Part shown: piece after piece, positions 24,878 to 32,000 of the stretch
How the letters are laid out: each line of letters opens with the position of its first letter
How positions within the stretch are numbered: position 1 is the first letter of the stretch
Source: Crocosphaera subtropica ATCC 51142
GTDB taxonomy: Bacteria > Cyanobacteriota > Cyanobacteriia > Cyanobacteriales > Microcystaceae
DNA: 32,000 nucleotides
Assembly (NCBI RefSeq): GCF_000017845.1
Contig: NC_010546.1
Span: forward strand, 4,230,001-4,262,000
Reading direction: 5' to 3'
The notes under the pieces: generated by a model
Seen by the model: the letters and a program-made list of their open reading frames with translations, nothing else
Databases searched by the model: none
What the model was told of the DNA's origin: nothing
Made by a program: the position numbers and the translations under genes

Positions 24878-26152
24878 ATGTTATCCCTTTTTAATAAAAT
24901 ATCACAAAATGAATGGCGTTTTGTTTTGTTAATGGGTTTACTGAGTCGGGGGATTATTATCATAACAATGATATGGATTGCGCCCTTACTTTTCAACCCA
25001 TCGGAGGGTAATGTGGTTAATTTTGGGTGGGAAGTATTTTCAGCCTGGGATAGTCCGTTATATCAACAAATTGCAACCAATAGTTATGATACTTCAGGGT
25101 CAGAACCAGGAGCAAATGTTGCTTTTTTTCCCTTATTTCCTTTGTTGATTCGATTAGGAATATTTTTTGGATTTTCTGCTAATATCGTAGGAATCGTAAT
25201 CAATAACACTGCATTTTTTGCGACTTTATTGGTTGTTTATGTTTGGGTGAAAAAGACTAATGGCGGTTTAGCTGCTCGTTGGGTTATTGCTCTTTTAGCT
25301 TGGTGTCCCTTATCTATCTTTGGCACAGTTATCTATACGGAGGGACTTTTTTTACTATTGAGTAGCCTCGCTTTATTGACGTTTGAAAGTAAAAAATATA
25401 CTCAAACAATGGTTTGGGGAGTGTTAGCCACAGCCACTCGTATTACGGGACTGGCATTGATTCCTACTTTTTTCTTCATTGCTTGGCGTAAAAAACTGCC
25501 TTTCATGGCTTATATTGCAGCTTTGGTTAGTGGTGGCGGAACCTTGTTATACAGTCTTTACTGTTGGTTTCATTTTAACGATCCCATTGCCTTTATTACA
25601 GTACAGTACACCCAATGGCAACGGAAACAAGGAATTGACTGGGAAGGATGGGGGCAAATGTTAGCAGAAATTACCGTTGGGGGTGAAAATTGGGCAGCAG
25701 GGACTCTTAATGATCCTTGGCATCCCTTTTTATTTCTCTTAATTATGGTCATAGCTTACGGACTATGGCATTATCGTCTTTCTGTTCCCAAAGTCTATTT
25801 TGACTATAGTTTATGCAGTTTATGCTTATTTTTATGGCTTTTAAGCGGTGATGCTCTACTTAACACCCTGTCTGTGTTGGGGGGACTGGTATTATTGTGG
25901 TGCTGTCGTCAACGGTTAAGTCTCGTCGCTTATGTGTATGGGTTGTGCGCTTTAGGACTGTTATTGTCCTCTGGGGGAACTATCTCCTTAAATCGTTTAG
26001 CTTATGGTATTGTTTCTTTGTCTATTGCTTTAGGAATAACCGTGTCACGATCGCCCCGTTGGGGTTATTGTACCCTAGGGTTTTTTGGTTTATTGTTGGT
26101 GACGTTTTCTCTACGGTTTGCCCAACATCAATGGGTAGCCATTACCCCTTAA
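24878..26152 (+). CDS. Polytopic membrane glycosyltransferase, GT-C fold (PIG-V / mannosyltransferase-like)
   Basis: 424 aa with more than 8 TM helices and a VAFFPLFPLLIR motif after the first loop, resembling the PIG-V family signature. Overlapping track ORFs 24787.., 25479.., 25570.. and 25897.. are spurious. Confidence 0.5.
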   Translation: MLSLFNKISQNEWRFVLLMGLLSRGIIIITMIWIAPLLFNPSEGNVVNFGWEVFSAWDSPLYQQIATNSYDTSGSEPGANVAFFPLFPLLIRLGIFFGFSANIVGIVINNTAFFATLLVVYVWVKKTNGGLAARWVIALLAWCPLSIFGTVIYTEGLFLLLSSLALLTFESKKYTQTMVWGVLATATRITGLALIPTFFFIAWRKKLPFMAYIAALVSGGGTLLYSLYCWFHFNDPIAFITVQYTQWQRKQGIDWEGWGQMLAEITVGGENWAAGTLNDPWHPFLFLLIMVIAYGLWHYRLSVPKVYFDYSLCSLCLFLWLLSGDALLNTLSVLGGLVLLWCCRQRLSLVAYVYGLCALGLLLSSGGTISLNRLAYGIVSLSIALGITVSRSPRWGYCTLGFFGLLLVTFSLRFAQHQWVAITP

Positions 26153-26187
26153 AATACATCAAATACATTAATTATGTCGAAAACCGC

Positions 26188-26838
26188 TTAAGAACAGACT
26201 TTTTGAGAAATAACGGCATAAAACGGATCGGCTCCCATCATTCCTAACATTTGTAAAAAGCTAGGCAGCGGCGATACATTCATGACCACTTCTGGTTTAC
26301 TAAACCCTGACACCGACCTAAAATAATTTTTAACTAACTGAAGTCTCATAGCATCAGTGCCATCACGCCAAGCAGAAATGGCTTTTTGATAAAACATTCG
26401 ATTAGAAAAACTAACCATCACGATGCCACCAGGTTTAAGAATGCGCTGAATTTCTGAAAAAATCCCTTCAGGATACTGTAAATATTGAACCGAAACAGCA
26501 ATTAAAACCGCATCAAAATCATTATCTTTTAAAGGTAATTTAGGATTATCATTCAGATTTTGTAGAAAATAATGATCAAGACGAGGATTTTTCCCTAACT
26601 CTTCTTCGTTCATTCCATGACCTTCTACATAGTCAAATTCTATATCATCAGGAAGATGGGAAACCCAACTACTCATTAAATCTAAAATGCGTGTTTTAGG
26701 GTTTAAACGTTCTCGATAAAGATTGGTTAATTGATCGATAAATCCTTCATCAACATGGGTGACAAAACGAGGAAACGCATAAAAATCTTGATCGTTACTG
26801 GGATCAAATTTTTCTCTTTGATGGGGACTTAATAACAT
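26188..26838 (-). CDS. Class I SAM-dependent methyltransferase
   Basis: The track start 26850 is GTG, and the ATG at 26838 (MLLSPHQ...) is preferred. Motif I-like ILDLMSSWVSHLP and post-I/II DAVLIAVSVQYL..P....EIQRILKPGGIVMVSF. Confidence 0.7.
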   Translation of the reverse strand: MLLSPHQREKFDPSNDQDFYAFPRFVTHVDEGFIDQLTNLYRERLNPKTRILDLMSSWVSHLPDDIEFDYVEGHGMNEEELGKNPRLDHYFLQNLNDNPKLPLKDNDFDAVLIAVSVQYLQYPEGIFSEIQRILKPGGIVMVSFSNRMFYQKAISAWRDGTDAMRLQLVKNYFRSVSGFSKPEVVMNVSPLPSFLQMLGMMGADPFYAVISQKVCS

Positions 26839-26976
26839 AATTAAAAACACTTTCGCTTTATTTCCCTAATTTTATACTATTTAGTTGTTGAGATTACCTT
26901 ATTTATGGGACTGACATAGACTGAATCATTCAATATAGTGAACAGTGTAATCAATCTATTAGGTGGTTAACGAATC

Positions 26977-27432
26977 ATGAAACGAAATTCCAAAGTAAGT
27001 CATGCCGTATTTAGTCTTGGTTTTAGTTTAGCGTCTCTTTTAGGGACAACGATGATAGTTAATGCTATAGAAGCAGAGTATTTGCTCTTAAATAGTTATT
27101 TTCGGGTCGATGGCAATCAACTTTCCTCTACGGTACAACCTTTACAGAATTCAAATGTTACACAATTTTGTTTACAAGCATCCTCCAATGTTTCTTGGTG
27201 GAAAGGCTTAAAAATCTTAGATAGTCAAGGAAAACAAATTTCTTTAATTGTTACAGAAAATGATTCTCGTCTAAGTTGTACCCCGAATATTCAAAATTCT
27301 CGTTTAGCCGGTGGAAAAATAGAATTTTGGAAGGCTAAAACGTTTGGCGCTCACACTTATATGGATAGTGCAAGAATTGATGTTAACCAGGTTAAAGGTA
27401 AGAAAATAACTATAAATTGGATTAATGAATAG
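26977..27432 (+). CDS. Small secreted hypothetical protein (151 aa)
   Basis: Has an N-terminal signal-peptide-like segment (MKRNSKVSHAVFSLGFSLASLLGTTMIVNA/IEA) and two Cys residues. I recognise no domain. Confidence 0.45.
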   Translation: MKRNSKVSHAVFSLGFSLASLLGTTMIVNAIEAEYLLLNSYFRVDGNQLSSTVQPLQNSNVTQFCLQASSNVSWWKGLKILDSQGKQISLIVTENDSRLSCTPNIQNSRLAGGKIEFWKAKTFGAHTYMDSARIDVNQVKGKKITINWINE

Positions 27433-27450
27433 AGTATTTGAATGTTTATA

Positions 27451-27482
27451 AAAAAGAAATAACCCTGTATATAACAGGGTTA
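27451..27482 (-). terminator. Rho-independent terminator after the porin gene (shared by the convergent genes)
   Basis: Perfect 9-bp stem (TAACCCTGT 27460..27468 pairs with ACAGGGTTA 27474..27482) with a 5-nt loop, followed on the minus strand by TTTCTTTTTT. It sits between the stops at 27432(+) and 27523(-). Confidence 0.6.
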
Positions 27483-27522
27483 ACTAATACTTGAGCTTAG
27501 ATCAAACTAGGTTTATCAAGGT

Positions 27523-29535
27523 TTAGAAGGAGAAGGTTCCACGAACAGTTCCAATGACTTCATCGTCAGCCCCCTGGATGTTAACAAATTGGTCGGGGTT
27601 AGCGATCCAGATGACACCAGGAGTGATAGAAATGTTATCGGTAACTTGATAACGGTAGAAGACTTCAGCCGTTACAGGGTTACGGCTAGGTAGTTCAAAA
27701 AAGTTAGCTGTGGTAGGACGGTTACGACCACCGTGATAGGGTTGAACCCCTGCAAAGATACCTAAGAGGTTTCCTTCTTTGAAGAGGTCGGGGAAGGCGA
27801 AACCACCACCACCAGTCCAAACCTCAGCACTTAAACCACGACCGATAAAGCGAACGTTAGTGAAAGACCCAAAGGCACTGAAGTTCATCCATTCAGCTAC
27901 ACGCCAGGTGAATTGACCACCGTAACTGTTGGTGACTTTACCACCGATGTCGAAGGGATTAACGGGAAGTAATCCTTGGCCATCAGCTTCGCTGTTATAG
28001 TCTGGGGTGCTGGTTCCAGGTGAACCGATAGAACCACCAGCAAAGGCATTATTTAGCTCAGAACGAGAGAAGTTAGCAAAGGAGGTACCGACTTCCCCAG
28101 GTCCGAAAGGAATACCAGAACCAAAGATAGGAGAATCAGGCTTGTGGTAAGCGTGAACGTAGGTAAAGGCGATGTTCACGACATCAAAGAGATTGGTATT
28201 GATTTGAGCTAACGCACCATAGTTACCGTTGAATAAGCCGTTACCACCATCACTTTCGGCATATTCAAAGCCAGGAGTAGCAGGGTTGTCAGCATTACCA
28301 CTTTGACAACCACGGATACTACCATCAGGGTTTTGACCGCCACCGTTGAGACAAGGATCGTTAGCGGTTCCTGCTAAGTAACCAAAGCTAACAGAGGTAG
28401 GTCCGAGTAAACTTTCTAAGAAACCAACCTGGAAGCTCATACCAGCACCAGCACCACCACCGATACGGTAGATGGGGTTACGCTGAGCAAAGGTACTTAA
28501 GGAACCTTTACCACCGTCGAAGTCCTCGAAGAAGGGGTTTAAGGTCGGTACGAAGTGGTGCCAACGTCCACCCCAGGCGGTGATGTAAGTATCGATCTTG
28601 AAGTTGTTTAATGGCTCAATAGGTGCGTAGTAACCAACCCAGTCAATGGTTACATCGTTGTCTTGTTCGTTCCGACGAGGCCCAATGTTAAAGGTTTGGG
28701 TGGCGGTAGGGTTGATTAAGGTATTTTCCTCAAAGGCGATACCAATGGGTTGACCAGTAGCAGGGTTGATGACTCGTAGGTTAGGTTCAGTTAAGGTAAA
28801 ACGATCTTGACCAGTACCGGTACTAGCAGATAAACGGGTAACTAAGAGGTCTTCTCCACTAAAACTGGTGTTGAAGCTTAAACGAATTCGGTCCTGTAGA
28901 ACAGCTTGGTTATCTTCAGAAGAACGACTACCACCAGCAGCAGTTGCAGCCATGATCACTTCCCCAACTAATTTGGTGGTCGTGGAGAATTGGTGATCTT
29001 CTAAAAACGCAACCCGACCTTCTAAGTTGTCAACACGAGCGCCTAAAGCAGCGAGTTCTGCTTCAAATTCTTGCATCAAACGCTTGAGCTTTTCGATGTC
29101 TTCGCGCAGTACGGCAACGTTTTCTTGGATTAAACGTTCCATGGTGTTTAAACAAGCGTTTAAACCTGCAGCAAATTCCCAACGAGAGGTAGCACGGTTG
29201 CCTCGGAAGGTCCGATCAGGATAACCTACAATACAACCGTAGCGTTCTACTAAGCTTCTTAACGCTTCGTAAGCCCAGTCAGTAGGAGAAACATCCCGCA
29301 ATTCACTAACACTGGTAACCTGATCATTACTGTCGGAGTTACCTTCTTGACTGTAATTTTCAAGCTTTTGTAATAGTTCGTCTTGTGCTTGGGCAAGTTC
29401 TACCCCTTCAGTGGCACTTTGATTAAATTGAAATTCAGATTGAGTAGCACCTTCAGCAGCAGCAGAGTTGGATGCTAATACAATTCCCATGAATGCCGGA
29501 CTAACCAGCAAGGTTTTCCATAATAATTTCAGCAT
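27523..29535 (-). CDS. Outer-membrane porin with N-terminal SLH domain, coiled-coil linker and OprB-type beta-barrel (Som/Slr1841-like)
   Basis: 670 aa with a signal peptide, SLH motif (DVSPTDWAYEALRSLVERYGCIVGYPDRTFRGNRATSRWEFAAGLNACL), a coiled coil (IEKLKRLMQEFEAELAALGARVDNLEGRVAFLE), then a Gly/aromatic-rich barrel ending in F. Antisense ORFs 29027.. and 29468.. are spurious. Confidence 0.9.
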   Translation of the reverse strand: MLKLLWKTLLVSPAFMGIVLASNSAAAEGATQSEFQFNQSATEGVELAQAQDELLQKLENYSQEGNSDSNDQVTSVSELRDVSPTDWAYEALRSLVERYGCIVGYPDRTFRGNRATSRWEFAAGLNACLNTMERLIQENVAVLREDIEKLKRLMQEFEAELAALGARVDNLEGRVAFLEDHQFSTTTKLVGEVIMAATAAGGSRSSEDNQAVLQDRIRLSFNTSFSGEDLLVTRLSASTGTGQDRFTLTEPNLRVINPATGQPIGIAFEENTLINPTATQTFNIGPRRNEQDNDVTIDWVGYYAPIEPLNNFKIDTYITAWGGRWHHFVPTLNPFFEDFDGGKGSLSTFAQRNPIYRIGGGAGAGMSFQVGFLESLLGPTSVSFGYLAGTANDPCLNGGGQNPDGSIRGCQSGNADNPATPGFEYAESDGGNGLFNGNYGALAQINTNLFDVVNIAFTYVHAYHKPDSPIFGSGIPFGPGEVGTSFANFSRSELNNAFAGGSIGSPGTSTPDYNSEADGQGLLPVNPFDIGGKVTNSYGGQFTWRVAEWMNFSAFGSFTNVRFIGRGLSAEVWTGGGGFAFPDLFKEGNLLGIFAGVQPYHGGRNRPTTANFFELPSRNPVTAEVFYRYQVTDNISITPGVIWIANPDQFVNIQGADDEVIGTVRGTFSF

Positions 29536-29544
29536 TTTCAGCTT

Positions 29545-29553
29545 TCCTCACAC
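29545..29553 (-). promoter_or_regulatory. RBS region of the porin mRNA, complementary to the conserved Yfr1 sRNA loop
   Basis: The minus-strand mRNA reads ..GGUGUGAGGAAAGCUGAAA-AUG. GUGUGAGGA is the exact complement of UCCUCACAC, 9 of the 11 nt of the conserved Yfr1 motif ACUCCUCACAC, and it includes the SD. Confidence 0.3.
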
Positions 29554-29973
29554 CATTAGATTGACTACAGAGTTTATAGCCTCACTCATCATCCTATTAT
29601 ACACAGCTTTTTTGGATTGGCAGATAGATAACTTTAACTTTTCTCTAAAAAGGTCTGTTATTAGTTTTTCTAACGGTTAAACCCAAAGCAGGGTTTGTAA
29701 GGTTACTATCTAGTCTTTATATATCCCTTAGGCTGGTATTTTGAGTCTGAGTTACGTAATAGTGTAGCGTTAATTTTTGCTAGATGACCACTTATTGTTA
29801 GAAAATTCTTACATAAGGAATAGGTAAGAGATCATGGTTTCGATGAAGTCACAGATTATAAGTTAAATTTATGGTTAGGGATTTTAACCATTCCTCTACA
29901 ATCAAGCCTATTTCTGACTTATATTGAGTTCTGCCTTGACCCCTATCTATCAATCTTCTTTTATTTGGTATTA

Positions 29974-31239
29974 ATGAGTATTAGTTCTATTTTACAAAGC
30001 TTTCAGCGTTTTGGTGTTCATTTAGGGTTAGAACGGAGCAAAACCTTATTAAATCAATTGAATAATCCTCATCAGCATATTCCTATCATTCATGTTGGAG
30101 GAACCAATGGGAAGGGTTCAGTTTGCGCCTATTTATCTTCAATTTTAACTGAAGCTGGTTATAAAGTAGGGCGTTATACTTCTCCTCATTTAATTGATTG
30201 GACAGAAAGAATTTGCATCAATAATCAGCCGATCCCAAAATTTCGACTAGAAACCATCTTAATTCACATTAAAAACTCCATTAATTTTAATCAAGATACT
30301 CCGACACAATTTGAACTTATTACAGCAGCAGCTTGGCTTTATTTTTATCAAGAAAAAGTTGATATTGCTGTTATAGAAGTAGGGTTAGGAGGTCGTTTAG
30401 ATGCCACTAATGTTTGCGATCATCCTCTGGCTACGGTTATCACTTCTATTAGTCGAGAACATTGGCAGCATTTAGGTCCGACTGTTAAGGACATTGCTGG
30501 AGAAAAAGCGGGAATTTTTAAGTCACAATGTCCCGTGATTATGGGTCAAGTTCCTGATGAAGTTAAACCTGTTTTTCAGTCTCGTATTGCAGCTTTAAAT
30601 TGTCCCCATGTTTGGACTCAACCGGGTAATGATATAAATAATAATCGAGCGGTTTACCAAGATATTGAATATGAGTTACCTCTCTTGGGAGAAATGCAGT
30701 TGAATAATTCTGCTTTGGCTATAGAAACTATAAAAATTCTACAAAAGCAAGGGTGGAATATTACTAATGAGCATATTAGACAAGGGATTAAAAATACTCA
30801 ATGGTTGGGTAGAGTACAATGGATCAAATGGCAAAATCACTCTCTTCTTATCGATGGGGCGCATAATCCTGCTGCTGCTAAGATGTTACGTCATTATGTT
30901 GATAGTTTAGGTAAATCTATTATTTGGGTTATGGGAATGTTATCAACGAAAGAACATGATAAAATTTTTCAAGCATTACTTAAAGAAAACGATAGTTTAT
31001 ATTTAGTGCCTGTCCCTGATCATAGTACAGCCAATCCTCATGATTTAGCAGAATTAGCAAGGCAAATATGCCCCCATTTAACCCATATCAAAACTCAAAA
31101 AACGGTTTTTATAGCCCTTACAGAAGCTGTACAGAATCAATTTCCTGATCAAGTTATAGTTATAGCAGGTTCTTTATATTTGGTTGGTCATTTTTTAGCT
31201 AATATCCAATGCGATATAAACCAAGGTCAAAAGTATTAA
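29974..31239 (+). CDS. folC: Bifunctional folylpolyglutamate synthase / dihydrofolate synthase
   Basis: The track start 29965 is TTG, and ATG 29974 (MSISSIL...) is preferred. P-loop HVGGTNGKGS, then the YTSPHL and VIEVGLGGRLDATN motifs typical of FolC (Mur ligase family). Confidence 0.9.
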   Translation: MSISSILQSFQRFGVHLGLERSKTLLNQLNNPHQHIPIIHVGGTNGKGSVCAYLSSILTEAGYKVGRYTSPHLIDWTERICINNQPIPKFRLETILIHIKNSINFNQDTPTQFELITAAAWLYFYQEKVDIAVIEVGLGGRLDATNVCDHPLATVITSISREHWQHLGPTVKDIAGEKAGIFKSQCPVIMGQVPDEVKPVFQSRIAALNCPHVWTQPGNDINNNRAVYQDIEYELPLLGEMQLNNSALAIETIKILQKQGWNITNEHIRQGIKNTQWLGRVQWIKWQNHSLLIDGAHNPAAAKMLRHYVDSLGKSIIWVMGMLSTKEHDKIFQALLKENDSLYLVPVPDHSTANPHDLAELARQICPHLTHIKTQKTVFIALTEAVQNQFPDQVIVIAGSLYLVGHFLANIQCDINQGQKY

Positions 31240-31284
31240 GTTATAATCAGACAGGGATCACTCTACCTTCATTCTTTTTTAATT

Positions 31285-32000
31285 ATGCTTGATTCTTTAC
31301 AAACTCAACTTTATCATCTTCAACAATTTGCTAATCGGTTAGTTTCTCTAGAACTTGATCATCTGAGTTTTATTAGTATTGCTATCATTTTTTTAGCAGG
31401 ATTATTAACGAGTTTAACCCCTTGTATGCTGTCAATGTTACCCATTACTATTGCTTATATTGGAGGTTATGAATCTCAAGGAAAATTACAAGGAATGCGT
31501 CAATCTGCTTGGTTTTCTTTGGGTTTAGCAACCACTTTAGCCGGGTTAGGGATTCTAGCAGCATCCTTAGGGAAAGTTTATGGACAAATTGGGGTAGGAT
31601 TACCGATTGTTGTGAGTATTGTTGCTATTTTGATGGGTTTAAATCTTTTAGAGGTTATTTCTTTTCAATTTCCCTCTTTAGGAGAAACAAATTGGATTTC
31701 TGATGATTTTCCTCCTGGTATTCGTTCCTATTCTTTAGGATTAACTTTTGGTTTAGTTGCTTCTCCTTGCAGTACCCCCGTTTTAGCGACATTATTAGGA
31801 TGGGTTGCTACTCAACAAGACTTAATTTTAGGGGGTGCATTATTATTAGCTTATACGGTGGGTTATGTTCTTCCTTTAATTTTAGCAGGAACTTTTACCG
31901 CTACCCTGAAAAAGTTGTTAGAATTACGTCGTTGGTCTACTTGGATTAATCCTGTTAGTGGCGTTTTCTTAATTGTATTCGGGATGTTTTCTTTGTTATC
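31285..32000 (+). CDS. ccdA: Cytochrome c biogenesis thiol-disulfide transporter CcdA (DsbD family); C-terminus beyond the window edge
   Basis: Absent from the ORF track because it runs off the right edge. The frame from ATG 31285 is open to nt 32000: MLDSLQTQLYHLQQFANRLV...FLAGLLTSLTPCMLSMLPITIAYIGG...GLTFGLVASPCSTPVLATLLGWV.... The two conserved Cys in TPC and SPC contexts match CcdA/DsbD-beta. Track ORFs 31509.. and 31767.. are out-of-frame artefacts. Confidence 0.85.
   Translation, partial: MLDSLQTQLYHLQQFANRLVSLELDHLSFISIAIIFLAGLLTSLTPCMLSMLPITIAYIGGYESQGKLQGMRQSAWFSLGLATTLAGLGILAASLGKVYGQIGVGLPIVVSIVAILMGLNLLEVISFQFPSLGETNWISDDFPPGIRSYSLGLTFGLVASPCSTPVLATLLGWVATQQDLILGGALLLAYTVGYVLPLILAGTFTATLKKLLELRRWSTWINPVSGVFLIVFGMFSLL

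Noticed and set aside
25897-26247. 116-aa ORF overlapping the 3' end of the glycosyltransferase gene and the methyltransferase 3' end
   Set aside because: It is an out-of-frame overlap with two better-supported genes, with Cys/Arg/Val-rich shadow composition. The same applies to 24787..24996, 25479..25664, 21737..21922, 6797..7030, 29468..29680, 31509..31703 and 31767..31949.
1-32000. Search for tRNA/rRNA genes, CRISPR arrays, transposases/IS ends, integrases and toxin-antitoxin pairs
   Set aside because: - No T-loop (GGTTCGAATCC-like) or cloverleaf candidates appeared in the spacers.
- There are no regularly spaced 25-40-nt direct repeats.
- No ORF has DDE/HUH, tyrosine-recombinase or small TA-like signatures.
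- This was by-eye inspection only, so short or degenerate elements could have been missed.

Overview
This looks like a chromosomal segment from a low-GC cyanobacterium. The evidence is at least nine perfect HIP1 octamers (GCGATCGC) plus chlG, a Psb32/TPM-like gene, an SLH-OprB porin, a DevBCA-type exporter and a cyanobacterial-type A2 heme-copper oxidase. It is densely coding, with about 30 genes, and I saw no rRNA, tRNA, CRISPR array or transposase. Gene order, left to right:
- a DyP-type peroxidase that runs off the left edge and is absent from the ORF track, translationally coupled (ATGA overlap) to an upstream HTH + AAA-like ATPase
- a type-2 NADH dehydrogenase and a small hypothetical gene
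- two tandem DUF2231-like paralogues and a third, larger DUF2231-like gene, leading into a ctaCII-ctaDII-ctaEII oxidase operon whose subunit II has lost the CuA ligands (ARTO / quinol-oxidase type)
- a GMC flavoprotein, then devA-devC-devB on the minus strand
- psb32-like, acpP-fabF, and an M50 site-2 protease with CBS domains
- a ParA-type ATPase coupled to a Gln-rich coiled-coil protein ending in GWFD (McdA/McdB-like)
- chlG, rpsO, a CxxC redoxin-like protein, an orphan amino-acid ABC permease, a PIG-V-like membrane glycosyltransferase, a SAM methyltransferase and a small secreted protein
- the SLH porin, folC, and ccdA, which runs off the right edge and is also absent from the ORF track.

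The observations most worth follow-up:
1. the DUF2231 x3 + CuA-less oxidase module, including a mosaic tandem duplication
2. the HTH-AAA ATPase / DyP peroxidase pair
3. the McdAB-like pair
4. a Yfr1-complementary sequence across the porin ribosome-binding site
5. heptanucleotide tandem repeats in the intra-operon spacers.

All family assignments come from motif recognition by eye. No searches were run.
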